A stretch of DNA of 64,000 nucleotides from Octopus vulgaris (Eukaryota): positions 138,508,001 to 138,572,000 of the forward strand of contig OX597814.1 of the NCBI GenBank assembly GCA_951406725.2. Reading direction: 5' to 3'. Positions 14,212 to 28,150 of this stretch are shown in pieces; position 1 is the stretch's first letter, and every line of letters begins with the position of its first letter. Below the pieces are notes generated by a model. That model saw nothing but the letters and a program-made list of their open reading frames with translations. It searched no databases and had not been told where the DNA came from. The translations under genes were made by a program, and so were the position numbers.

Positions 14212-14610
14212 TTTCAGTTATTATACAGACGTCACGACGAGGGACTGCCTTGAAGAGGTTTAGTCGAACCAATAGACCACAGTTCTTATTTATAAGTCTG
14301 GTTGTTATTCTATCGATCTCTTTGCTGAAATGTTAAGTTGCTGGAATGAAAACAGATCAACACCGTTTGTCAAGCAGTGGTGATAAGGATGTATGCACAA
14401 ACACAAAGACACACTCACTCATACACACACATATACACAAAATATGCACACATATATGACGTGCTTCCACGCACTTTCAGTTTACCAAATTCACTCACAG
14501 ATCATTGGTCGACCCAGGTCTATAGTAGAAGACTTGCTCAAAGTATCATGTAGTGGGACAGAACTCGAAACCACGTTGTTGCAAAGTGAGCTTCTTAACC
14601 TCACAACCAG
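14212..14610 (-). mobile_element. Diverged SINE family A
   Basis: Same tail, internal (CA)-rich tract and head (tatagtagaagacttgctcaa...gtgggacagaactcgaaaccac) as the other copies. Confidence 0.75.
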
Positions 14611-15911
14611 ATATTTTAGCTAGCCAGCATTGTATGTTACGACGAACTTAAACGATACCTCTGTAAACACAATATGTCCGTGTACAGAGAAAAAGGAATA
14701 ACTGTACATGAGTATTGCAATCTTGCCCGGGATTTTATTATAATTGAACATACTCTTCAGCTATCTACGAATACACTGTATATAAACCTTCTAATATTCA
14801 AAGCAAACTCCATAGACCAATTTCTGTCTCCTCAAAACAAAATAAAATGATGGTGACTACTATAATATCCTGGGTTGATTTTAAACTGCACTCAGTAAAG
14901 AAGCCCTGGTTCGCGAGTTCCGTGAATTTGAGGAGTGTGGAACGACTATCGTTGCCGGGTCTATTCTAACCAAACTTCTAGCTATGTATTAATTAGCATA
15001 TCCCTGAATTGAGTCTGGAAGAAGGTTACTCACAGACATTCAAAGAGACACCAGGTCAAATGAGGCCCTTTAGCTCTTTGGCTGCTCATAAAAAATGAGG
15101 TAATTCTACACAAATCCCGCATCCCAATTACCACTGGGATCTATACAGGTGTTGTACCAGATTAGTACAGGTCTAAAGAACAAGAAAATGGGACTGACTT
15201 TGCATAAACCACTATAATGATATTCCTTGCGCAGGTTGATCTGCAGGTCAAGTCCTAAGACTACATTCACTGAAATGACGAGAGAATACAGCAACAATTA
15301 TAAAGTAAATACCAGTTCTCGTTGATTTGATTTGAGGTTGTAAATCGCGATCGGAAGTGCTTTAGAGAATATACTATATCTCGTGGATCCGAGTTCGCAA
15401 ATAGGAATGGTGGACGCTAGAGTAGATATTTGCTTTTGTGTTCCCAAATCTTTTCGATTCTCAGCGCCTCTAATGTTCTTTAGAAAAATATAAAGGACCA
15501 AATATAACAAATATACAAATATAACAGAGGAATTGTACCTTTTAGGAATAAACGAATGAGGTTAAAGAAAGAATCGCCATGGAGAAAATGTTGGCTACAA
15601 TTGCGGACAGCCGAATTTGTAACACGGCTTCAATTCAAGACTCATTCTACTAAACCTGTAACTATAACAATTGAGACCATGCGATAATGAATGCTTGAAC
15701 AAAACACACACATATAAAGACACACCACACACACACACACTCATTAAATATGTCTAAAAATACAAAGCTTTGTGTTCAAATGAAAAAAAATATCAAACAA
15801 ACCTAATATACTCATTATGTCGGACATGAATCTATCGGGCAAATATCCAGAATTAGAATTAGATAATTGACAAATAAGCAACGTAATTTAAAATTTTAAC
15901 TGTAATATTTC

Positions 15912-15970
<59 letters not shown>

Positions 15971-16373
15971 TGATAATGATGATGATGATGATGATGATGA
16001 AGATAAGGATGAGGATAATGGTGATGATGATAATAATAATAATAATAGCAACAACAACAACAGTAATAATAATATTAAAAAAGGAAAAATGGTTTCCTCC
16101 AATATTTTGAATATTCTCTATTTAGAATATTTGGCAGTTATATTTCACTAGAGTTTGCGTTTGAGAAAAAGTAATGAATATAAAAAAAAAAATGGACAAT
16201 AAAATGCAGTGAAGTTAAAATAAAATGAAACATGTATACATATACATGCCGCCTCCCTACACTTTTCAACAGTTATTTGACAGTTATATTTCGACAAAGT
16301 TACTAGTTGAGAAGAAGGAAAAAAAAGTAACCATTATATATGCGACGAACGAAAACAAAATATTTTGCTAAAA

Positions 16374-16434
<61 letters not shown>

Positions 16435-16810
16435 ATATGTATATATGTGTGTGAGTGTGTGTCTGTGTGTGTATACATACATACTTTCATACACACCCAT
16501 ATATACACATACATACTTGCTCCACAAAATAAACAAAGGACTATATATGTATTTGTGCGTGTTTGTGTATATGTGTGCAATCACAAATGCATAGATTTGC
16601 AAGTGTGACTGGTTGTGCATATGCGTTTATACATACATCTATACATACATACATATATTTTCGTACAAATAAGCATAAATACACCTATGTACATGGTATA
16701 CATACACATATGCATATATATATATATGTATATATATGTATGTATATATAAATATATGTATATATATGTATGTATATATATATATATATGTATATATATG
16801 TATATATACA

Positions 16811-16880
<70 letters not shown>

Positions 16881-17261
16881 AATATATATTTCATATGTTC
16901 TTTCATAACAGTAAGTGAACTATATATCATGGTATCAAAATATTTTCTCCAATAAAATATTTTTGATTTCTCTTAATTTTAGTTTTGGCTTCAAAAATTT
17001 ATCTAGGAAACGTTTGTCCATTTTTATACGTATGTGTAATGCTGTTTGCATCTTTGTGAATATATATGGCTGCGTTGATATGTAAACTTGGAGCAATATG
17101 TTTGTATGCTCCTATATAATGCATGGTTAATATTTCATGGAAAATCTGTAAGTTTATACGTTCAAATGCTTTTTTCATGATAAGTTATATAAATACTTTT
17201 ATTTATTTTTTTATTTCTTTCTAACGCTGCTTCTGTTTCTATATGCCTTTCCGTCTTTCTC

Positions 17262-17384
<123 letters not shown>

Positions 17385-17420
17385 CAATAAACTATCGTTA
17401 TATATGCAAATATAATAAAC

Positions 17421-17483
<63 letters not shown>

Positions 17484-17487
17484 CATA

Positions 17488-17685
17488 GTGGCAGTCTGGT
17501 AGATTTGTTACCGCTTCGGACAAATTTCTTTGCTGCATTTCCGGCGGCTTTTTATCTTCTGAGTTCAAGGTCGACTTTGCCAGTCATCCTTTCAAGGAAG
17601 ATAAAATGAAAACAAATTGAACCCTGGGGTCGTTGTAATCGACTTAACTCTCCCCTTAAAATTGTTTGCTTTGAACCAATTTAAA
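17488..17685 (+). mobile_element. Diverged SINE family B
   Basis: ttctgagttcaa...ggtcgactttgcc...catccttt block shared with 27937-28150. Confidence 0.65.
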
Positions 17686-18013
17686 AAGACAAGTATTTTA
17701 GGGTCTTTTATTCTCTTCTGTCGAGCCTTTCAAGGAACAACCGTGTAAGGTCTTTTATTGCCTTCGTTTTAGTTAAAGAAAAACAATACTTGAATGACTA
17801 ACACGGAGGAGATGATCATAAGTATTATGCACCCTAATTTACTGGAATAAACTTGAAAACCTAGAAACCAATACTGCATACAGCTAGCTGTATAATTTTC
17901 CCAACTTAGGTAATAGGTCGGATAACTGTAAATTTAAAAAATAAATTATGTCCCTTGGAAAATTTCTATCAGTGAAAGAAGACATGCTTCCTCCTGAATT
18001 ATATATCAGAATA

Positions 18014-18198
18014 CGAGGGGGAGATGAAAAGTTCCTGGCTTTAAGGGTGTCGCAAAAGGTCCGGTTGGAGGCCCAAACTTCCGAGTTCTTTTACAGGGCT
18101 TAGAAAAACTGTGAATGTGAAAGGGTATATGTTGAATAATTAACTGATCCTCCGTATTCTCTTTTACGTAAAGCCAAGAACTTTTTAGAACCCCCTCG
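18014..18198 (+). mobile_element. Mariner-derived MITE
   Basis: ~29-bp TIRs (cgagggggagatgaaaagttcctggcttt / aaagccaagaactttttagaaccccctcg) flanked by TA on both sides. Confidence 0.9.
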
Positions 18199-19257
18199 TA
18201 TGCTATGGTAGCTTTAAAAGTCGGCATTTAAAGTACAAATCTAGCTTAAACTAACATACAAAGGAAATTTACAACATTACCAAACTATATCTGGTATTTA
18301 AAATGTCACTATATTGACAACTTTAACATAATGTTCTTTAACGCATTTTGCCAACAGGTGCAACTTTTCTGAAAATTACTGTAGCTACACGGCAGCGGCG
18401 AATATATTTCATCTTTGCCAAAAACAACATAATTTAAACATTTCATAATGATTTTCTTTAAGTATCAACATAAGAACAAACTCTAGCATTCCGGCTTCAG
18501 TGGAGACAAAGAACCAGATTAAACACAAACACTCAAACAACAGAATCCCCGCAGTTCATTACAATTTTGATAAACTGGAGGCCAATAAAATAACAAAACA
18601 CACCGATAGAAACTGTTTGGGCGAGATATCGCTTTAACCACTCAACCAACCAGAATGCCAACTTTGCATTCATGTGTATGTGACTAATATAACACTATCA
18701 CCTGGAACTATAACTACTCATGAAATTTTTACAATCAAATTTATTGAATTTTTTTTTCGTTCGTTCGTTCGTTCGTAGGATACTGTGTATGCAGTAACAA
18801 AAGTAGTAAAACTTTTGAAATTGCTTACATGAAACTCTGCTATATGTGTATTTGAATACTGAGCGTTTCCCTTTCGTTGATATTCATAAATAGCGTCACT
18901 ATATACCGTCTGCTTCGCTATATGCTGATAATTTCTAAGTCTTGCCAACTGAAGTAAATATATATCGCTGATGAGACATAACAAGATCGAAACATGTACG
19001 TTAGCTTCACTAGTTGACTTTAAAGACTAGATTTACTCCCAATATTATTGGAAATATCTCATTTGATGACATCACCTAAAATTATTGACGTAATGAGCAT
19101 GTTGGGTTTGTTTGATTATTTCTTCATTTGAGCAGAAAGCTTTGAAGATTTACAGAATTTTAATGTTTAATGAATGACATTGTAGCATTCATTATCCAGA
19201 GGTGTTAATTGTAATAGCAACACACTTGCATACGAAGACGCACATATACATTCATGC

Positions 19258-19379
<122 letters not shown>

Positions 19380-19592
19380 TATATGCATACACATATATAT
19401 GAGCGAGTGTGTGTGTGTGTGTATCTAGGCATAGATACAGATACAGATACATACATACATAAATATGTACATACATGTGTATATGTGGAGGTACATACAT
19501 ATATGTGTGTGTGTGGCTGTGTGTGCTTGTACACATATACTTACAGGTATATGCAAATGCATACATATACATGTTTTATGTTTATTCATTTT

Positions 19593-19637
<45 letters not shown>

Positions 19638-19749
19638 CATACATACATACATATATATATATGTATACATATATATATCTACAAATATAAATATACACAT
19701 GCATGTACGTGCATGTAAACATATACATGTATAATATATGAGTGTGTAC

Positions 19750-19802
<53 letters not shown>

Positions 19803-20460
19803 TGTAATAGTAACATTTATAACGCATATATGTACGTGTATACATATATACGCAGAAATATACAAACACATCATACAAGGATGTGTGTGTCACATTTCAT
19901 GCGTCCAATAAGCTATTTAACGATATATTCAACGATATATCGATGCCACACTAGGCCCGGTCAAGCATTATACTTTCAATAATGCTAGTGGCGCATAAAT
20001 ATCATTTTACTTCTCGACAAGATTCCGATTCACCGAGATTAGCTACAGGATAATACTGAACGATAATATAAACAAAGACACCGAGGACGCAAACACCACT
20101 TTCTACTCTTCACACGTGCGTTGGGTTAGTAAAGATGAAAGTTCATCGCAAGAAATCGTGTGTAATTGTTATTTACCGATAAGTTTCTTGTAAATCGTAT
20201 GATTTCTGCTTCAGGCATATGAATAGATATATATTTTTAGAGTGTGGTAGAAATTCGTTTGATCATCATTTCTATTTTACTGTTGTATTTTTGTATTATC
20301 TTGTATTATTTAGTATATACGGAATGCTGATTCCAGCAGGAAATAGTATGGTAATTGTAAAGGGGTAACTACTTCCAGCTTTAGGTAACATGCACATATA
20401 CATACATACATACATACATACATACATACATACATACATACATACATACATACATACATA

Positions 20461-20576
20461 CAAACAAAAATATCTAGTTGTTGATGTTGAAATTCCAATG
20501 AAGGAGCCTTGGATCTAGGTTAGAAAACGGTTCTTTTTCTATTCGCAAGAAATCTTGAAATAAACTGAATAATAAT
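20461..20576 (+). mobile_element. 3'-terminal fragment of the (CATA)n-associated RLE retrotransposon
   Basis: Nearly identical to 34544-34645, with (CATA)n on both sides. Confidence 0.8.
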
Positions 20577-20625
20577 ATACATACATACGTATGTATGTAT
20601 TGATATATCACGCATATAAACATGC

Positions 20626-20656
<31 letters not shown>

Positions 20657-20800
20657 CTTATAATTACGTACATATATACTTACATATACATACATTTATG
20701 TATGCATTTCATGCATACATACATACTTACATACGTACATACACATACTCACACGCACATATATATATGAGTGTGTGTGTGTGTGAAAGCACGTGGTTGG

Positions 20801-21203
20801 ATATAAAGAGAATAGTAAAAAGTGAAAAAACTACAGAAGGCTTGTTTTACAAGGTTAAAGAATATATTTGAGTCATTATGTTGGAAGAATGTTATAAAAT
20901 GTTTTCATACAGTAACATAGTTTTTGAAGAAATTACCGGTTTCGTGTTAACTTTTAAAATTTCTCGAGTGTCTTTACCTACATCGTGTTATGTCTTCGTT
21001 ATGAAGACATAACGAAGACATAACACGATGTAGGTAAAGACACTCGAGAAATTTTAAAAGTTAACACGAAACCGGTAATTTCTTCAAAAACTATGTTACT
21101 GTATGAAAACATTTTATAACATTCTTCCAACATAATGACTCAAATATATTCTTTAACCTTATAAAACAAGCCTTCTGTAGTTTTTTTCACTTTTTACTAT
21201 TCT

Positions 21204-21211
<8 letters not shown>
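20801..21211. repeat. Near-perfect palindrome (~203-bp arms, 4-nt loop AAGA at 21004-21007)
   Basis: By eye the arms differ by one substitution and one homopolymer indel. The right end abuts (TA)n. Confidence 0.95.
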
Positions 21212-21261
<50 letters not shown>

Positions 21262-21266
<5 letters not shown>

Positions 21267-21545
21267 GAAATGAAGAAAATGCTGACAAAATAATTTAAGT
21301 AAGGGAGAGTGTATTTAATTAGGTGAAGTTCTTTTTACCGGTTGCGCATTTGTTATGCTTATCAAAAGATATTTTGAGTGAGATAGAGTTCCTTTCTGAT
21401 TGATTTTCAGAAAGGAACTCTATCTCACTCAAAATATCTTTTGATAAGCATAGCAAATGCGCAACCGGTAAAAAGAACTTTCACTAATTAAATACACTCT
21501 CCCTTACTTAAATTATTTTGTCAGCATTTTCTTCATTTCCTTTTT
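21262..21545. repeat. Palindrome (~138-bp arms, 7-nt loop at 21400-21406); probable inverted Penelope-like terminus
   Basis: The arms are reverse complements with few differences. A single-arm copy lies at 54531-54697, and a GIY-YIG remnant is adjacent. Confidence 0.9.
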
Positions 21546-21599
21546 TTATATATCACAACTCGTGTTCCACATCTCTTTTTTTAAATATATATTCTTTCT

Positions 21600-21883
21600 T
21601 TAAATTAAGACATAAAGCAGACAGGACTTATCTAGCCACGAAGATTTGGGAGCTCAAGGACGACAATATTAAATTTGATTTGGGTTGGAACATCATTAGG
21701 GTCGCTAAACTGTACTTAAACAGCAGATACAGGTGCAGATTTTGCTGCATGGAGCTGTTTGAAATTTTAAAGAGATCAAATAATGAAAATCTAATAAATA
21801 ATAAACTAGACCTTCGTCTTTCCTGCATACATAAGGCTACCTGTAATTTTAAATATTTTAAGGACATTAAGCAATATCTATAA
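21600..21883 (+). mobile_element. Penelope-like element GIY-YIG endonuclease C-terminal remnant
   Basis: TYLATKIWELKDDNIKFDLGWNII...CRFCCMELFEI...LINNKLDLRLSCIHK matches the PLE pattern T.LSKHIW.LK....I.W.IL...C.LC..EK..I...LLN.R.E....C.H. Confidence 0.8.
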
Positions 21884-22665
21884 TAGCTCCCAACTTAGGG
21901 TCAACCAAATTTACTCACTCTATTGTTGACCCAAAAGTCGATTGATCTGCTTAATTGTTTCCAATCCGTCTAGTCTCGTTCTTCTTTAACATTACTTCCT
22001 AACTGCTCTTACTATACTTGCATAGTATGCTATATTGAAGGAACTAACGATTCTATCTGTAGTGTACACAGTATTACCCAATAGTGATAGCAAAGGCGCA
22101 CACACATGCACACATATATACATACATACATATATAAACACACACACGATAATCTTCTTTCAGTTTCCATCTACAAAGTCCAATCACAAGTCTTTGGTCG
22201 GTCCAGGGCTATAGTAGAAGATACCGAAAGTGCGACGCAGTGGGACTAGAGCGGAAAACATGCGCGCGTGTGTGTGCGTGTATACATACCACAGTGCTCG
22301 TCCTCACCCAGGTTTACGAAACGCATCAGAAGTCACATTGAACCAAGTTTGAACAGTCAAATTGAACCAAGTTTGAATTTGTGATGGTAAGTTAATTGTT
22401 TAATTTCGTAGTATGTTCGTTATATATATATGACTTCAAAGATATTGCATCAATACTATATAATTCTAATTCCTGTATTTATAGTCTTTGGCGTCATTCG
22501 TGTCCCGTGTTAAAATGGGAGTGATACACCATACTATAAATGCCTATGATAGGTAAAAGCTTATTATTATTTTTGGAGATCTCTATCTCCTTATAAAAGT
22601 TGCTGTTACTTAGATCTAAATCAAGGCTGTTTCGACTGTGAGAATTTAGTCTTTTTTCTTATATA

Positions 22666-22783
22666 TAGGGTGGGGCAAAATGATCTGACACATTTGTAGG
22701 TTTAATAACATGCTTTTCATTCTTTTCTCTATTTTGCTTTTTATTAAACTTACAAATGTGTCAGTTCATTTTGCCCCACCCTG
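22666..22783. mobile_element. Tc1/mariner-type MITE (118 bp)
   Basis: ~43-bp TIRs ((c)agggtggggcaaaatga.ctgacacatttgta.gtttaataa) flanked by TA. Confidence 0.9.
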
Positions 22784-25671
22784 TATATTAAAGTTTACAT
22801 ATCCAGTATAACCTTTTTTTTATTAAAGCGAGTGGTGTCTGATTTGAGGGAGACCTGTCTGCTATTTCTAGCAGGTTAGGAAACCACGCAGAAGGTCCTT
22901 GGTCGATTCAGATTTCCTCGTTCTTTAAGATGGCTTCTTGGCTGTCACTTAGTATGAACTCCGCCGAGATTTAAGTGAATATATCACACACACCTGTGTT
23001 TGTTTAAATCAAATAAGTTGAAAGCTAGTGTGCTCCATAGATTTCTACTTAATGTAATGATAATGATATAAATGAAGTGAATTATTTGCAACTGCAAATT
23101 TAGGAAGCATATTAATCTACTCTAGTCTGTATCTTCGTTCGTGTTTAAATATGCTAACGATTTCTTTCTACTGATTAACTTATTCTCTCTAAATATATAA
23201 TATTTGTACAGTGAAATGCAATTTACTTAAACTTTATCTTCCAATTTACTTTTTTAATATTTCATATAGCTAAAATTTCTGGTGAACGTTGTTGTCTAAC
23301 GTAAACAGATCAACGACTTTTGAGAAAACGCTTTTGTGGTTAACCTGTTTCAGTCAAACTAATATGCATTACGCCTTAAATGTACGACTAAAGTGTTTGC
23401 ATCCATCTTTATTGTCGAATAAAACTTATCAATTGCTTTTGATGCCGTACTTTCTTCTGATCATCAAACGTAATCCTTATTCATTTAACTTTCCTCTTAC
23501 ATTTATTCTCAATTATAAACTATTGTGCATACAGATAACTATTTAATTTCATTCATCATCTACAATCTCCAATAAACTGATGCAACAGGAGTGGGCCGAA
23601 AGATTTTCATATCTCCAGTACTTAAATATGTTTCTCTCCATTTGAGATTACTATTATCGACCATAGCCGAGTTGCCTTCTCTCTAAAGACTTCAAGTTTA
23701 AGTGCCTTTGTTTCCTTCGAGAATGAATCTGTCATTTCTAATCCATAGTTTTTAAAGAGAGTGGACAGCTGCAATGTCTCACACATATGACATGCATGTC
23801 ATATATATTTTTCCTTTATAAATAGTAGAGGTTTTATAATCCTAAAAGCCGGAACAAATTTGTTAGAACAAAACTGCTTTTTTCCATTGAAAAATGTAAA
23901 TTGTCCTCCATCATTTAACGAAAAAAATGGCATGGCTGAAAAGAAAACTGCCATAAAATCCTTTCTAAATGCATGAAAATGGATACTTTTAGATGTAGTA
24001 CAGATTATGAAGTTGAGTAATGGTTGCTTTCTACATGATGTATGTGTAGAGTTAACACACACCTTACATTGTATCTGCAAATGTTCAGGCTGAAATAGCT
24101 TTTAACTCTGGGAAAAACAATTCACATTTTTAAACGCTATCTTGGCGTGATTGTCAATGAGAGAGTGTGAAATAAAATATGGTTTATATTTCATATGGAT
24201 TATGATGGTTAAGTAAGCGTTTGCAATTAATCTAACTTTTAATGAATTATTTCTAATTTTGACCCAAGGCTGGTGATTCTGAGAGGAGGGAGCAAGTCGA
24301 TTATTACATCAATGCTTGGCTGGTACTTTATTTTATCGACTCTTAAGGATGAAAAGCAAAGTTGACCTCGACAGGATTTGAACTTGGAACATAGAAAGTG
24401 GGGAGAAATGCCACTGAATATTTTGTCCAGAATCTCTTTTAATTTATAAATATTCCTGACAGTATGGCGATGTTCTTGGATTTTCTTAAAAGCATTACCA
24501 GTTAAGTACAAAGAAAACTGTTGCATCTGGGAACAGATATCGTGTTTGTGTTGTGGCGTGTACGAACAGGCAACAATAAAGTTGACCAGATCTCACCTAA
24601 TTAGTTACAAATAATACAGACCAATTTATTGTGTGATAAATAATCGGTTTTTCAAATATTGATTTTCCATTATGACAAATTATCAATAATCTCGATAATT
24701 CAGTGATATTACAAGAACGAAAAATCCATTAACCCATACTAATTATTAGGGTCGTTAACGCGTCGGACAAACTGGCAGGGTTGTTAGCGCGTCGGTCAAA
24801 CTGCTGGCGACATTTCTTCCGGTTCTTTACGTTCTGGGTTCAAATTGCACCAAGGTCAACTTCGGGCTCCATAAATTAAAATAACATTCACGTATGCGAC
24901 CGACGCTACCAACATTCCACCCTACCCTTCACAAAAATTGCTTTGGACTCTGCGAGGAAATACTCTGATCTCGGTCACTTATTCGCCATAGAAACCAAGG
25001 ATCAAGAAAATAAATAAATAGATAAAATTTGTAAAAAATATCTATAAAAACAAGTCATTTATTGGAACAGAATTCGGAGATTTCAGATTCATACGGCTTC
25101 ATTTTTCTGTTAGTAATTTCGCTTACCTAAGCAAATACTAGGTCACAGAAGCTGGCCATCTCTTATTGTTTTGGTTCTCTTTTAAGTATTTGTTGTTTTA
25201 AGCTTTATAGTTTGTTGGTATTGACGTGAAATCATTATCGGCAATGTTAATGTTGTTTACGGCGTCGTTTGATGTTGTAGTTATTGTTGTTATTACTATA
25301 TCACCGTTAGTGTTGTCGCTGTCATCATAGACTTAGAGAGAAATATTGAGGTATATAGTAGTAAAAACCTCATGAATATTGATCAACTATAAACTTATTT
25401 GTATTCATTACTATCACAGCTATCATATGGCGACCTTGGATTAAGTAATAACATGTTCGATTTAGCTATCGTATCAAAGCAGTATAGGTTAATAATTGAT
25501 CGTACAGTAAATAATGTGACAAAAACATGATCTCTTTGTTAAGGAACTGTAGGCAGTTATAAAAAAATAGGCCACTGACTACTACTTGTAAAAACTACAG
25601 GTCATCACAATTTTAGTCATTACTGAAACTAATAGCAATTTCACAATAATCGGTTATGTTCTTAGATTATT

Positions 25672-25784
<113 letters not shown>

Positions 25785-25791
25785 CATCATT

Positions 25792-26229
25792 GAGAGAGCA
25801 GTGTATGTCATCAAAGTGACACTTGAGTAAAATGTACGAAGCCCAGTATACCCATCATGACTACCCGCCTGATAATGGTTCCTGAAGCACATGCATCACA
25901 ATCACATGAGCGTGACATGGTGATCTCATATCAAGATAAACAGTGCATAACCTTGCAGGTGAGGCTCAGAATTTTCTTCAGGTCAAGTAGCCTATCCCGT
26001 TCGAAACGTCCTTGAATAAGGTTTGTTTGAGGATGATGAACGAAACATCAATGTATCCAGAAGTGTATTATTTAAATCTCAAAGAATTCCTCTCAACACA
26101 TGGCTATGATGTCCCCCACTACTTCTGCTCGTCATCAGAGTTGTACATATCGTCAGTCACTACGGGACATGCTCAACTGGTTATGGTCAAACAACTGTCA
26201 AGCAAATCTGTGGTATTGAGCAGAATATT
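25792..26229. mobile_element. Non-coding (TAA)n-embedded element, copy 3 (truncated)
   Basis: Homologous to 7359-7906. It follows an (ATC)/(ATT) array and is cut off by the adjacent L1-like fragment. Confidence 0.85.
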
Positions 26230-27048
26230 AGACGCACGCTGGGATAGTGTAGGTGTAGCTGATAGAAGCGGGGGGAGGGCATGCAAAAGCCTCAAACATC
26301 TGATCAGCCAGTTCCAACTGTCTGACGGATACTAACGAGATTTCTCTAATGCACCAAGGAGGACCTGGGCCAAACGCATAGGGTCATCTAGATCGTATAT
26401 AGATAGGATTTTCACTTGGAAAATAAAACAGTAATAGTGTAAGATATCTAGTTTTTAAAACGGCGGCCTATTTAGATCACAAGTTTGCAATCTGCACGGT
26501 CTACCTAGATAAGAGGCGTAGGTTAGGACCCGAGTACTTGAAGTTTAACATGTCATTTCCGGCACGTAAGACGTATAGGGTCAAGCTGTTCGTGGCGGAG
26601 GCGCAGCGCGGTAACAAAACTACAATTCTGTCTTTGACGAGCCAAGACGGACACGAGCTGAACGATTCCAGGCAGATGTGTGAGGCTTTCCGCTAGCAGT
26701 TTGCTTAGTTGTTCGGTGGGAGTAGCGGGTCAGAGACAGTAGCGGATATCTGTCCCTATCTCGATCTCCTCGAAGCGCTCTACTGCAACTGGCAACAGAA
26801 CTGTGAGCCGGGGCGTAGTGACGCTGATAAGGTAAGACGAAAACAGGAGGGACACTTTGGATTCAGGCCCATAACTCTGCTCAACATGGAATTTAAGATT
26901 TTGGCCAAGCTGTTAGCGAAGAAGTTGGCGGTATATGCTCGGTGGCCAAAGTTAATGGCCACCTCCCGGAACCGTTTCAGATCTCCCGATCGATCCGTCA
27001 ATGGTTCCATCTCTCCTCCCTTCTGTACGTATTGACTCTTGAGCTTTT
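26230..27048 (+). mobile_element. Decayed, internally deleted L1/Tx1-clade LINE ORF2
   Basis: SSRSYIDRIF and LDHKFAICTV (APE end), FRPITLLNMEFKILAKLLAKKL (RT start), FQISRSIRQWFHLSSLLYVLTLELL (cf. RSVRQGCPLSPLLYVLALEPL). Confidence 0.8.
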
Positions 27049-27694
27049 ACAACAACAACAGCAACAACAACAACAACAACAACAAAAGAGAATAGTAGTA
27101 GCAACAGAGACAACGACGCTAGCACACAGAAAAATACGTTAGTCGGAAAATATAATAGATGCATCAGCAGTGTTAAAGGAGGCAATTGTGAAGTTGTCGT
27201 TACACAGGTGGAAGTTTTTAGATTTGACTAAATCTTCAGGACAGATGATTCAGTTAAAATACAAGCCTACATAATTCTGTCGTTTTGTCTGCAGAATTAG
27301 TAATAATTCTATCAAAATAATTTCTCTGACAAATCATAATTTAATAATTTAATAATACCCAGTCTTGTTTAATGAGTATGGTTTAAGGCATGGCAAATGT
27401 TTTGTATATGCTTGAGTTTGTTAAAAGATTTTTCTGTTCAAACTACTGTACTGTGTATAATATTCTCATTTGGTTAAGTTTATTAAATTTAATAGTTCCA
27501 ATTATGATTCTCTAAAATTTACTGTATGTGCTGTTATATTTTCTTCATCGTCGAAGTCGGTGCGATATTACTATGCTAACACTTTCGCATTTTCCTACTT
27601 CACTTTCGGATATCATGAAATATTCTGACAAGAAATTAAAATGTTTAAACAGCTACTTAATCTTGAAACACACTGCAGTAATCCTGCAGTAATA

Positions 27695-27908
27695 TTGGTT
27701 TCAAATTTTGGCAAAAGGATAGCCATTTTTGGGAAGGGTGAGTCAATTTCAACGACCGCAGTGCTCAACTCGTACTTATTTTATCGACTCGGAATGGATA
27801 AAAGGCAAAGTCGACCTCGGTGGAGTTTGAACTCAGAACCTGAAGACCGGACGAAATACCGCTAAACATTTTTCTTGGCATGCTAACGATTCCGCCATTC
27901 ATCACCTT
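27695..27908 (-). mobile_element. Diverged SINE family B
   Basis: Reverse complement of the adjacent 27937-28150 copy (aaaaggcaaagtcgacctcggtggagtttgaactcagaac). Confidence 0.8.
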
Positions 27909-27936
27909 AAATATTGCACTAATATTATCAGTGTAA

Positions 27937-28150
27937 GGGGGCGAGCTGGCAGAAACGTTAGCACGCCAGGCGAAATGCTTAGCGGTATTTCATCCGTCTT
28001 TACGTTCTGAGTTCAAATTCCGCCGAGGTCGACTTTGCCTTTCATCCTTTCGGGGTCGATAAATTAAGTACCAGTTGCATACTGGGTTCGATCTAATCGA
28101 CTGGCCCCCTCGCCCAAAATTTCGGGCCTTGTGCCTAGAGTAGAAAAGAA
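27937..28150 (+). mobile_element. Full-length SINE family B with 13-bp direct flanking repeat
   Basis: Head ggcgagctggcagaaacgttagc...gagttcaaattcc, then a central gcctttcatcctttcggggtcgataaattaagtacc (resembles the Nin/Deu domain). taatattatcagt occurs at 27920-27932 and 28151-28163. Confidence 0.9.

Noticed and set aside
14640-15700. Possible Penelope ORF N-terminal remnant (CVPKSFRF)
   Set aside because: A single short motif amid stops; insufficient support.
22333-22377. Short tandem duplications (also ~24750-24805 and ~47987-48017)
   Set aside because: Two-copy 15-29 bp slippage duplications; ordinary.
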